A DNA stretch of 39,878 nucleotides from positions 1 to 39,878 of IMG/VR virus record IMGVR_UViG_3300047994_000103; one strand, given 5' to 3'. The notes beneath the pieces were generated by a model. The model saw only the letters and a list, made by a program, of their open reading frames with translations, did no database searches and was not told where the DNA came from. The position numbers and the translations under genes were made by a program. This DNA comes from a virus. Below, piece by piece: positions 1 through 7,187 of the stretch. The stretch's first letter is position 1. Each line of letters begins with the position of its first letter.

Positions 1-127
1 TCTTCCACAAAAGCCGGAGGTGGCTGCAAATACAGCGGCAGATCGTTTCTGTCTGTTTCTGGAAACCAGACCACTGCTCTGTAGCCTTCGCCTTTTTTCA
101 AATACTTCAAGTTCTCCGCACTGGTAA
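1..127. repeat. Terminal overlap, copy 1 (identical to 39752-39878)
   Basis: Bases 1-127 recur base-for-base as the last 127 bases of the window. Confidence 0.97.
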
Positions 128-689
128 AAGCTACGGGATAATTTTCTATTCCTTCCGACACACCGCGCACCGGCTCCTCCACTTTGGCCTGCGAGGGTGG
201 AGTGGCAGATTGCTCCAAACGCTCACGGGCAGACGCGAGCAAATCTTGAACCTTTGACAGCCCCTCAAAAATCTTCGCGAATGCTTTCTTCTCTTGGTCG
301 GTCATGGGTGCAGAATCTTCCTGCTTCTCAGCAGCCGGCACGCTGGCGGTTGACGGTGGGGAGTTGAGCGTCACACACGTTTTGCAAATGACGCGGCGCT
401 TGTGACCTCTAAAATTACGACCGCAGAAAGAACAGCAGTTTTCGTAGTTACCGTTTTCAAACCTTGCATCATCGGAAAACGAACGCTCTTGATAAGTCGT
501 ATCTCGCAACAGTCGAAATCCTTCCGGCACACCCCCGCCAACGAACGTCTCGTTCGTCTCGGCTTGTGCGTGGCGGGATGCGAAGCCAGCAACAAACCAC
601 CCTTGAGCATCCCGCTTTTCTTCGTCTCCGTATCGGTAGCCGCCTTCGCCAAAGTATTTGTTGAAAGCGTCTAGGGCGTTCAGGTCCAT
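1..689 (-). CDS. Hypothetical zinc-ribbon protein, 5-prime part of a 359-codon gene split by the linearisation point (continues 39751-39361)
   Basis: ATG at 689, 26 nt after the stop of 716-1180. Every codon checked down to base 1 with no stop. Frame is in phase with ORF 39361-39861 through the repeat. CSFC-x12-CKTC motif. Absent from the ORF track because it runs off the edge. Confidence 0.65.
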   Translation of the reverse strand, partial: MDLNALDAFNKYFGEGGYRYGDEEKRDAQGWFVAGFASRHAQAETNETFVGGGVPEGFRLLRDTTYQERSFSDDARFENGNYENCCSFCGRNFRGHKRRVICKTCVTLNSPPSTASVPAAEKQEDSAPMTDQEKKAFAKIFEGLSKVQDLLASARERLEQSATPPSQAKVEEPVRGVSEGIENYPVAFTSAENLKYLKKGEGYRAVVWFPETDRNDLPLYLQPPPAFVE

Positions 690-715
690 TAACGCCTTCT
701 CGTCGATCTTGGTGT

Positions 716-1180
716 TCACTTTGCGGCTCCGGTTGTGAGTGCGGCTGTCGCTGATTCTTCGCATCGGTCCCAGCCAACGCCGTACAGGTCGCCGTGACTT
801 TCTCGTATGTATCGCCAGCCACTACGCATGTCCGTCAACGCAGCGACCAGCTTATCAATCCGCGCCTGCAGCTGCCGGATCGTCTCTGCCTGCGCCGCGT
901 TGGCTGCTAGGGCGGCGGTTAGGTCGGCGGATCGTTTGGTAATTTCAGCCTTGACCTGATGAATCGTGCCGCCCTGCCATCCAAACAAAATGCACAGCTC
1001 TTGCAGATCAGATTGATAGAGCGAAGGCGGAGCAAGATAGAGCGGCATCGCCGCATCTGCATGGGTTGGGAATTCTTCGTGGTATCGCGTCACAGGCGAT
1101 CGCGCAAAACCTGAATACTCCTTCCAACGCCATGCGACAGACATGGGAGCGACGGCTTCGGCGTGTGGTTTGGTGGTCAT
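716..1180 (-). CDS. Hypothetical protein (helical Ala/Gln-rich region, C-terminal WRYIRE motif)
   Basis: 154-aa ORF; ATG 1180 overlaps the upstream stop (ATGA 1177-1180) in a co-directional coupled gene chain. Confidence 0.6.
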   Translation of the reverse strand: MTTKPHAEAVAPMSVAWRWKEYSGFARSPVTRYHEEFPTHADAAMPLYLAPPSLYQSDLQELCILFGWQGGTIHQVKAEITKRSADLTAALAANAAQAETIRQLQARIDKLVAALTDMRSGWRYIRESHGDLYGVGWDRCEESATAALTTGAAK

Positions 1181-1635
1181 GGCTTGCTCCGGGCGATGGC
1201 TGCGTCAATGGCTTCGTCTTCCGTATTCCCGTAAATTATTTCTCTGCGAGAAACACAAACGCACCAATCTCCATGAGGATCATTTGGATCGTAAATGGCG
1301 TGTTCCCCTTTTTCTCTCTGAAAACGCCACCGCTCGGCATCCTTCCTCAGACTCTCCACCTCAACCAGCAGGGAGGCGTGGTCGGGTGGTGCTGCAAATA
1401 GAGTGTGGTCGCCAGCCGGTAGTTTGCTGGCCGTAAAATAAACTTCGCCGTTTGGATAAACCTTTAGCGCAACCGGCACAGCATCCTTAGCCTCTACCAC
1501 GATGGCTCGACCGTCTGCGATGGCTTTCATCCAAGGGCACGTCCAACCGTGATCTTCGATCAATGTTTGGTAAATAGCATGTGCCAGCTCCGGGAACAAC
1601 AACGACACCTCACGCGCCTCTGTTTTGATGCTCAT
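1177..1635 (-). CDS. Hypothetical protein (152 aa; C-terminal RWRFQRE...EAIDAAIA motif)
   Basis: Track ORF 1177-1761 trimmed to ATG 1635, which overlaps the stop of 1632-1892 (ATGA). The discarded 42 codons are Arg/Pro-rich and overlap the neighbour. Confidence 0.6.
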   Translation of the reverse strand: MSIKTEAREVSLLFPELAHAIYQTLIEDHGWTCPWMKAIADGRAIVVEAKDAVPVALKVYPNGEVYFTASKLPAGDHTLFAAPPDHASLLVEVESLRKDAERWRFQREKGEHAIYDPNDPHGDWCVCVSRREIIYGNTEDEAIDAAIARSKP

Positions 1636-1892
1636 TCGCCATACCACACTTCGTGAAAGCGATCCCGCTGGGCGTCCGCAGCATCCGCGCGGCGATCGTG
1701 GTTGTCTTGTTGGGCGAGAAACAAAATATGTTCCTCGAATTGCTCGGTCTCTGGCGGCCAATGACTCACGCCTTCGTCGTCTACCACGTCTCCAATGTTG
1801 ACATCTCCGATGTCGTCAAGCGTGTAGTAGATGATGCCGTCGAAAGAGTGCCGATAGGCTTTGCGCATTTGCTTTTCGTATTCGATTTTCAT
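1632..1892 (-). CDS. Hypothetical acidic protein (86 aa)
   Basis: ORF track; ATG 1892 overlaps the stop of micro-ORF 1889-2026 (ATGA). Confidence 0.6.
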   Translation of the reverse strand: MKIEYEKQMRKAYRHSFDGIIYYTLDDIGDVNIGDVVDDEGVSHWPPETEQFEEHILFLAQQDNHDRRADAADAQRDRFHEVWYGE

Positions 1893-2026
1893 TGCGGGTT
1901 TTCCTGTTTGCGTTGCAAAAGCGGAACTGAGGGGCGAGTGATTTTCAGGGGAGGACGCGCGGCTTGGCGGGTTAATTCGGCGAGTTTGGCGGGACCACTA
2001 AGGCCCTTGGGGATTTTGAATTTCAC
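1889..2026 (-). CDS. Basic 45-aa micro-protein (GTG start)
   Basis: Not in the ORF track. GTG 2026 overlaps the stop of 2023-2268 (GTGA) and is preceded by AAGGAG (2039-2034) at 7 nt. Its TGA overlaps ATG 1892. Product VKFKIPKGLSGPAKLAELTRQAARPPLKITRPSVPLLQRKQENPQ, translated codon by codon. Confidence 0.55.
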   Translation of the reverse strand: MKFKIPKGLSGPAKLAELTRQAARPPLKITRPSVPLLQRKQENPQ

Positions 2027-2268
2027 TCGAATTCTCCTTCGATTGGCTGAGCATCGCGCGCGAACGTGGCGCGAACCCGGATCACTTTTCTACCAAAGGG
2101 CATCTTGAGTGCCAAGTCATTCTTGACCTCGATGAAAACAAGCGGGTCGTTTTCGACGACCGGCGAGTAGAGATTCGGCGACATGCCCTTGTCTATCAGG
2201 CGCACAGGCAGCATGTTGCGAAGATTGTGGTGGGGAAAAATGCGATTCGGGCAGTATTCGGTCAGCAT
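2023..2268 (-). CDS. Hypothetical protein (81 aa)
   Basis: ORF track; ATG 2268 lies about 18 nt downstream of the predicted start of promoter 2293-2321. Confidence 0.6.
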   Translation of the reverse strand: MLTEYCPNRIFPHHNLRNMLPVRLIDKGMSPNLYSPVVENDPLVFIEVKNDLALKMPFGRKVIRVRATFARDAQPIEGEFE

Positions 2269-2292
2269 GGGATTGGTCTCGATTGTGGGAAC

Positions 2293-2321
2293 AGCATATC
2301 ACACAGAATAACACTTGTCAA
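2293..2321 (-). promoter_or_regulatory. sigma70-type promoter with extended -10 (leftward)
   Basis: Minus strand TTGACA (2321-2316), 17-nt spacer, TATGCT (2298-2293), TG at -15/-14. Shares TTGACA-N7-TTCTGTGTGATA with 38883-38911. Confidence 0.6.
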
Positions 2322-2827
2322 GAAGGGTCGGGAAACTTGGGTTCGTTTGTTTCCTCTGCGCGAATGATCTCCATTTGTTTAGCAAAAATGGAAAAATCGT
2401 CCTCGGGATGCAAGCGAGAGACGGCGTGAAATTCGCGGGGCGCGTCGTCGGGGATGATTCCGCCTTGGAAACATTGCTGGCAAAAGTGCGTCGAAGATTC
2501 CGTCACGATCTCATAGCGGGGCAGCGAGGCGGCAACGGCGGCCATTGCATCATCATAGATGATATAGCTGTAGCCGTTTTTGACCTTGCGTCGCAAACCA
2601 AGGTAGGACGGATATATTGTGATTTGACCGCACAGGCATGTGGAGACTTGAACAAACAGAACGAGAGCATCACATACGCTCGGCTTGTCTTCGATGGGAG
2701 TGAATTTGCGTGGCGCGGGTGTTTTGAGAGATCCCAAGCGAGTGATCGACGGAGCTTCTTTTGACATGAAATCGTCGAGAGAAAGACTATCGTTCGGCTT
2801 GACGATTTGCAACGGAGTTGGGTCCAT
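2318..2827 (-). CDS. Hypothetical protein (169 aa, Cys pairs CLC...CQQC)
   Basis: Track ORF 2318-2854 (TTG start) trimmed to ATG 2827 with AGGA 7 nt upstream. Confidence 0.6.
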   Translation of the reverse strand: MDPTPLQIVKPNDSLSLDDFMSKEAPSITRLGSLKTPAPRKFTPIEDKPSVCDALVLFVQVSTCLCGQITIYPSYLGLRRKVKNGYSYIIYDDAMAAVAASLPRYEIVTESSTHFCQQCFQGGIIPDDAPREFHAVSRLHPEDDFSIFAKQMEIIRAEETNEPKFPDPS

Positions 2828-2910
2828 TTTCGTATCCTGTATGTTGATTGACAAACAAACAAAAATGTGCTAGTGTGGCTGTAACCTCTGCCGAAGGCAG
2901 GTATATGGTG

Positions 2911-3150
2911 TTATCGCACAATGGCCTGCCAGTAGCGACCCTGCGGCCCGCAAGAATCGCCGCTTTCCCAGTCCAACCGCTCGACATTGCAATAGGTCGT
3001 TTCGATCTTGCCTGTTACAAAACTTCGAGGCAGACCTGGCCTGACACAGCGCAGCGAGTAGTCCTTGCCGATAACAGCGCAGAATTCGCATTCGAGGCAG
3101 ATTGGCGGCGGCGAGGGGGGCACAGCCGCCCGTTTGTTGAAGGGCCACAT
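2911..3150 (-). CDS. Small Cys-rich hypothetical protein (79 aa)
   Basis: ATG 3150 sits 2 nt after the stop of 3153-3719. Contains ICLECEFC. The competing ORF 2870-3148 is Arg/Leu-rich and less protein-like. Confidence 0.45.
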   Translation of the reverse strand: MWPFNKRAAVPPSPPPICLECEFCAVIGKDYSLRCVRPGLPRSFVTGKIETTYCNVERLDWESGDSCGPQGRYWQAIVR

Positions 3151-3152
3151 GG

Positions 3153-3719
3153 TCAGTGCGCTCCCTTCGCCGGCGGCGTCCAGTGCTTCAACAAGTCAAC
3201 CGTGGCGGCCTGTTCTTCGGTCACTTCGGCGCTGTCATGCTCCTCGGCCTGTTTTGCGGGCTTGAAAACCTTGTGGGTGAAAAAGGCAGCGAGCATCTTT
3301 TCGGCAAGCTCGCAGTAGGTTATTGGACTGGTCATGAAGGACGCGAGGAGCGCGAGGCGGTCCACAACAGATGGCTCCGTGACGGTGGCGTGGCACGGCC
3401 CGTCGAAGTATTCACACCCGCCGCCCAAGAGCGTAGCTCCTGTAACAGCGTGTTTGTGGTGAACGATGAAAAGAAACTGGGGCAGGCTCGGGTTGTCGAG
3501 AACCTTGCGAGTTTCGCTTTCGGAGCCGTCGACCTTAAGGGGATTCGCGGAATCCCGAAGCTCTGCTAGTTTTTCGAGATTAACCCGCAAAGCAAGTTCG
3601 GTAACTGTGTCCTTAAAAGAGACAAACACACCCAAGTATATGTTGCCTTCGTCGTCCTGTCCTGCGTTGTGCTTTATTTCAAGTTCGGATATGGATATTT
3701 TGCTAATCATTTCTTGCAT
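3153..3719 (-). CDS. Hypothetical protein (188 aa)
   Basis: ORF track. Alternative ATG 3710 has AGGA 8 nt upstream and forms an ATGA overlap with the micro-ORF stop. Confidence 0.65.
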   Translation of the reverse strand: MQEMISKISISELEIKHNAGQDDEGNIYLGVFVSFKDTVTELALRVNLEKLAELRDSANPLKVDGSESETRKVLDNPSLPQFLFIVHHKHAVTGATLLGGGCEYFDGPCHATVTEPSVVDRLALLASFMTSPITYCELAEKMLAAFFTHKVFKPAKQAEEHDSAEVTEEQAATVDLLKHWTPPAKGAH

Positions 3720-3862
3720 CCTGTTTGTTGGATTGGGGCTAGTGTTTGTGAAGCATGTTTGATGTCGTTCGGCAGGCCGTAGTGCAGAAGGGCCAGCAAA
3801 GCGAAGATTGCTGCAACATACAAAAGTATGTCTGTTACGGTGAGTTCTGTTTCAAGTTTCAT
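3707..3862 (-). CDS. Possible 51-aa single-pass membrane micro-protein
   Basis: Not in the track. ATG 3862; MKLETELTVTDILLYVAAIFALLALLHYGLPNDIKHASQTLAPIQQTGCKK has one hydrophobic helix. The stop overlaps the next gene start. The SD is weak. Confidence 0.35.
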   Translation of the reverse strand: MKLETELTVTDILLYVAAIFALLALLHYGLPNDIKHASQTLAPIQQTGCKK

Positions 3863-3879
3863 GCCATGAATTCCGAGCC

Positions 3880-3948
3880 AAAAAAGACCCGCAAGATGGG
3901 GGGAACCGAGCGGGTCAACGGTAGGCTAGTCCTCGGGGGTGGACTAGC
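3880..3948 (-). terminator. Tandem-hairpin intrinsic terminator (leftward)
   Basis: Located just after stop 3951 on the minus strand. First stem pairs 3948-3941 with 3932-3925 (8 bp). Second stem is GACCCGC/GCGGGTC (3916-3886), followed by T6 (3885-3880). Confidence 0.6.
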
Positions 3949-3950
3949 TG

Positions 3951-4535
3951 TTACAGGCCAAACGATTCGGCGAGCGAAGGCGCGGCGGCCTTCGGCTTGC
4001 GCGAGCGTTTCGTCGCGTACAGGGCCGCAGTGAGCGGATCGGTCTTGACCTTGGACAGGAACGCCGAACGCTGCTCGTCGCCGGTCTGGGTCGACACGAC
4101 ACCTTTCGCGTCGGTGACCTGCTTGTCGGTCCAGCCGGTGACAGCCGAACGGATGACGGCAACGTCCTTGCCGGTCGCTTCCGCGAAGGCTTCGATCGCG
4201 CTTTCCAACGCGGTGTGCGGCTTCGAGGACTCGCCCGGCAGACGGCGCACGCCATTGGCGAGCAAATCGGCCAGACGCTTCGAGGCGGCCTCATAGGCCG
4301 CGTGTGCGTTGTCGCGGTGCGGGCCATAGGCCGTTACCAGTTCGCGGATTGCGCCCTTTAGCGCAAGCTCCATGACGAGTTCGGCGACGGGCGAGCCCGT
4401 TAGCTGTTCCATGGAAACGGTCAGCGTATGGCCGTGGGCGAATTCCAGCTTGGCGGACGCGGTGTCCATGTCGATCAGGGTCTTGGCGACGGCCTGTTTT
4501 GCAGGGGCCTTCGTTTCGTGGGTTGCTTCGGTCAC
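3951..4535 (-). CDS. Hypothetical protein (194 aa, Lys-rich C-terminus)
   Basis: Track ORF 3951-4592 trimmed to GTG 4535 with GGAG 7 nt upstream. Confidence 0.6.
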   Translation of the reverse strand: MTEATHETKAPAKQAVAKTLIDMDTASAKLEFAHGHTLTVSMEQLTGSPVAELVMELALKGAIRELVTAYGPHRDNAHAAYEAASKRLADLLANGVRRLPGESSKPHTALESAIEAFAEATGKDVAVIRSAVTGWTDKQVTDAKGVVSTQTGDEQRSAFLSKVKTDPLTAALYATKRSRKPKAAAPSLAESFGL

Positions 4536-4600
4536 GTTGATACTCCGGTGGGTTGTTTGGGATAGCAAGGACAAGGTAACACGGGTTAACACTTTTGCAA

Positions 4601-4855
4601 CTACCGTTTATCGGCTTCCAGTGGAGTTTCGGTGCAGATGCGAAGCAACTCCATGGCGAATTCAACGGCGTCATCCTTGTCCATGCCGAAGTAATCGAGG
4701 TGATCGTTGGGGTTGCCTTCATGTATTTGCGGAAAGAACCGCACGAAAACGGTGTTGGGATAGTTGGCTTCGATTGTCGGGAAGCCAATGGATAGACTTG
4801 ATGCAATTTCGTTTCTTACGTCGATATGATGTGTAAAAACATACTGGCGGTTCAT
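4601..4855 (-). CDS. Hypothetical protein (84 aa)
   Basis: ORF track; ATG 4855 overlaps the stop of 4852-5535 (ATGA). Confidence 0.6.
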   Translation of the reverse strand: MNRQYVFTHHIDVRNEIASSLSIGFPTIEANYPNTVFVRFFPQIHEGNPNDHLDYFGMDKDDAVEFAMELLRICTETPLEADKR

Positions 4856-5535
4856 GCCACACCTACCTGCGCTAGCACGCTTTCCAACAACACGCTGGCA
4901 TTGGTGTGCGTGGCGAGCCAGTCGCGGCAGGCGCGGAGCGCGTACCCGCGTCCGAACTTGCTGGACATGTCCTTATATAGAGTGACGGCTTCGGCGATGG
5001 TCGCGGTGGGATCGTCGGTGGGGTCGACCGGGGGCGAAGCGGCTGATTCTGCGGGGGTTTCGATCGCTGGCGTGGGCTCCGCAGGAGGCGCAGGAGGCGC
5101 GAGAACATCGGGCACTAGCCCTGGCTCGCCTGACATCAGGAAAGCGCGTATGGCATCGCCAGTTGGCTCCGGCGGGGCATCCTCGGGCACCGTGGCGGCG
5201 ATGCCGGCCAGCAATTCCATAGCGATCCTGCCCATGGGCATATCTGAACGAGGGCGCAACACGAAGTCGTCGCCCTCGGTGCTGATGGCGTACGATTGTC
5301 GGAACGTTGCGACATCCCGCTTGGCCTGCGCGTGGTCCTTGCTTTCGACCATTTCGACGGCGCGCAAGTATTTATAGAGGGTATATTGGAACTTGCTTGC
5401 AAGGGGCTTGCCATCGGCATCGCGGGCACATGTGATGCGCCGCTCGATGACAGGGACGTTGGGTTGTGACAATCGTTCAACGAGTGATCTAATCTCGAAG
5501 GCGAAAACATCTGGGGATTTAGTTCGGCGACTCAT
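4852..5535 (-). CDS. Hypothetical protein (227 aa, central Pro/Ala-rich linker)
   Basis: ORF track; GGAG upstream of ATG 5535. Confidence 0.65.
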   Translation of the reverse strand: MSRRTKSPDVFAFEIRSLVERLSQPNVPVIERRITCARDADGKPLASKFQYTLYKYLRAVEMVESKDHAQAKRDVATFRQSYAISTEGDDFVLRPRSDMPMGRIAMELLAGIAATVPEDAPPEPTGDAIRAFLMSGEPGLVPDVLAPPAPPAEPTPAIETPAESAASPPVDPTDDPTATIAEAVTLYKDMSSKFGRGYALRACRDWLATHTNASVLLESVLAQVGVA

Positions 5536-5633
5536 GGGGAGGATTCTCCGAGGAATTGTATGTTAATCGTAGACAGCGGCGTATGTTGCCGATATGCTCT
5601 TGACACCCCGCAGGGGTGAGATTGCAAGTCGGA

Positions 5634-5828
5634 TCACGATGACACCCTGATATGGGCGCATCCGTCCTTGCTCATGGTGATGCACCATTTCGCCATGGTG
5701 TAGCCTTCGGCTTTCAAGCGGCGTGCGGCGTCACACAATTCCCACGCAAGCATCTTAAGATTCATGCGCTCGTTTTCGTCCAGCGCGCCACGACCGGGAA
5801 TGAACAGGAGATAGGTTTCGGTAGTCAT
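5634..5828 (-). CDS. Hypothetical protein (64 aa)
   Basis: Track ORF 5634-5990 trimmed to ATG 5828, which overlaps the stop of 5825-6094 (ATGA). Confidence 0.5.
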   Translation of the reverse strand: MTTETYLLFIPGRGALDENERMNLKMLAWELCDAARRLKAEGYTMAKWCITMSKDGCAHIRVSS

Positions 5829-6094
5829 GATGCACCATCTACACGTTTGTTTATGACTTCCGCCCATATAGAAAAAGAAAAAATCTTTTCTCTGATAGAC
5901 TCGCGTTGGATCAAAAAGCGTGTGTGTTGTGCCGAGCGGTAGCGTTGTTCGTCTACTGGGTTTAGCCAAACTAGCAATGGTAACCCCCAAACGGTTAAAC
6001 GATCCTGCATCGAGCGAGTGCTTATTTCACTATCCGTGCCTGATCCACCGACGAATCCTATTTTAATGCACGTTGTGTCTGGCTTTCGTTTCAT
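5825..6094 (-). CDS. Hypothetical protein (89 aa) in an A/T-richer patch
   Basis: Locked between ATGA overlaps at both ends (6091-6094, 5825-5828). About 46 percent GC over 5861-6100 by hand count, against roughly 58 percent in the flanks. Confidence 0.5.
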   Translation of the reverse strand: MKRKPDTTCIKIGFVGGSGTDSEISTRSMQDRLTVWGLPLLVWLNPVDEQRYRSAQHTRFLIQRESIREKIFSFSIWAEVINKRVDGAS

Positions 6095-6303
6095 TGTGGG
6101 AAATCCTCGTTAGGTGTGCCTGCTCGGCCTGTGACAATGTCGAGACAGACGCACGCGAAACAGATATCAGGCAAAGCCGGACAACGGTGGCGACGGAGCG
6201 TGGCGGAGCGAGCGTAGGCGCGACGTTCGCCTTCGCCTAGCTCCCGGGCAACACGGAGCGCGCTTGCGCGCAGCTCCGCTTCTTGTTCGTCTTTGGTCGT
6301 CAT
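6091..6303 (-). CDS. Hypothetical protein (70 aa)
   Basis: ORF track; ATGA overlap at 6300-6303 with the upstream gene. Confidence 0.5.
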   Translation of the reverse strand: MTTKDEQEAELRASALRVARELGEGERRAYARSATLRRHRCPALPDICFACVCLDIVTGRAGTPNEDFPQ

Positions 6304-7187
6304 GCCGCTTCATCCGATCCGAAAACGTGGTCCTCGATGCGCCGCAGTTGGTTAGCTGCCCACGACGCGCAGTCGCCTGCGTTGCAGATTGTAGCTGGCG
6401 CGATGACGGTGAAGGCCTGCGGATCGATGTCTTCGATGTCGATCGGCTCGAGCGGTTTTGCGTGGCCGATCGACTCGCCCGCGACGAAATTTTTCGGCAT
6501 ATGATTCCACGCATAGCAAAAAGAAAAGCAGCGAAAGAACGCGGGGCATGCAGTAGATGCTGCGAGCGTGGCAAGGTCGAAGCCGCCGCCGTAGGATTTT
6601 GTAACGGCGCGGATGCAGGACCGATTCGAGTCAGCGGTCCATACCATGCCGCTAACGATCTGCACGTCATAGCCGCTGTCCGTTAGGGACGATGCGAGCG
6701 CGAGCGCCGCTGCACCGCGCCAGAACATCTCTTGTGCGCCCGTGAAGCAATTAGCGCAAGCGTCCACGCCTATCACAACGCGCGTGGGCGCGAACGTGCG
6801 AGTGCGGTGCATACCGCGCCACGCGATGTCTAGCTGGCCGGACCGCACGCGGTCCATGTTTAACTCGTCGCCTTGATCGGTCCAGCGTGCACGGCGACGA
6901 ACATTACGCGAAAGCGGCATCTCGACGGACGCGATGGCGCTTTCGATTTTCGTTGCGCCTTCAGACCATCCCGTGTCCATTAGATTCCGAATGCGATCGC
7001 CGGACTTGAAGGGGAGCGCGTACCACGTTTCCGCGTCCAAGCCGCTGCCGGGTTCATTCCAATAGCTACGTGCCTGTGCGTGCATCGTGCCAGCGCCCGG
7101 CACATTGGCGATGTCCATGAGGGATTGCGCACTGTCGAACGTCACGCGGCCCTGTTTGCCGTTTACTTCGTATGTTGGGATGCTCAT
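6300..7187 (-). CDS. vWA-like partner of the AAA+ ATPase (CobT/ViaA-like; function tentative)
   Basis: 295-aa ORF coupled (TAATG) to the AAA+ gene. The strand RVVIGVDACANC, a following helix and the strand YDVQIVSG resemble a vWA beta-alpha-beta core. The MIDAS site is degenerate (D-A-C-A-N instead of D-x-S-x-S). Confidence 0.5.
   Translation of the reverse strand: MSIPTYEVNGKQGRVTFDSAQSLMDIANVPGAGTMHAQARSYWNEPGSGLDAETWYALPFKSGDRIRNLMDTGWSEGATKIESAIASVEMPLSRNVRRRARWTDQGDELNMDRVRSGQLDIAWRGMHRTRTFAPTRVVIGVDACANCFTGAQEMFWRGAAALALASSLTDSGYDVQIVSGMVWTADSNRSCIRAVTKSYGGGFDLATLAASTACPAFFRCFSFCYAWNHMPKNFVAGESIGHAKPLEPIDIEDIDPQAFTVIAPATICNAGDCASWAANQLRRIEDHVFGSDEAA

Noticed and set aside
1-127. Genuine T7-like direct terminal repeats
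   Set aside because: The repeat lies within a coding frame, its length equals a common assembler k-mer, and the packaging genes are P22-like (headful). This cannot be excluded without read-level data.
2848-2900. Plus-strand TTGACA-N17-TAGTGT (2848-2876) followed by the CTGCC-gaa-GGCAG hairpin, as an antisense promoter/sRNA
   Set aside because: The evidence is a hexamer match only. The -10 is mediocre, there is no terminator T-run after the hairpin, and no ORF or conserved partner motif. The TTGACA here may be coincidental within an A-rich spacer.
5600-5628. Plus-strand TTGACA (5600-5605) as a promoter in the 5536-5633 spacer
   Set aside because: The hexamer 17 nt downstream is TGCAAG (poor -10). 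The orientation is antisense to all neighbouring genes. The TTGACA overlaps the CACCCC-gca-GGGGTG palindrome, which is the more likely functional element.
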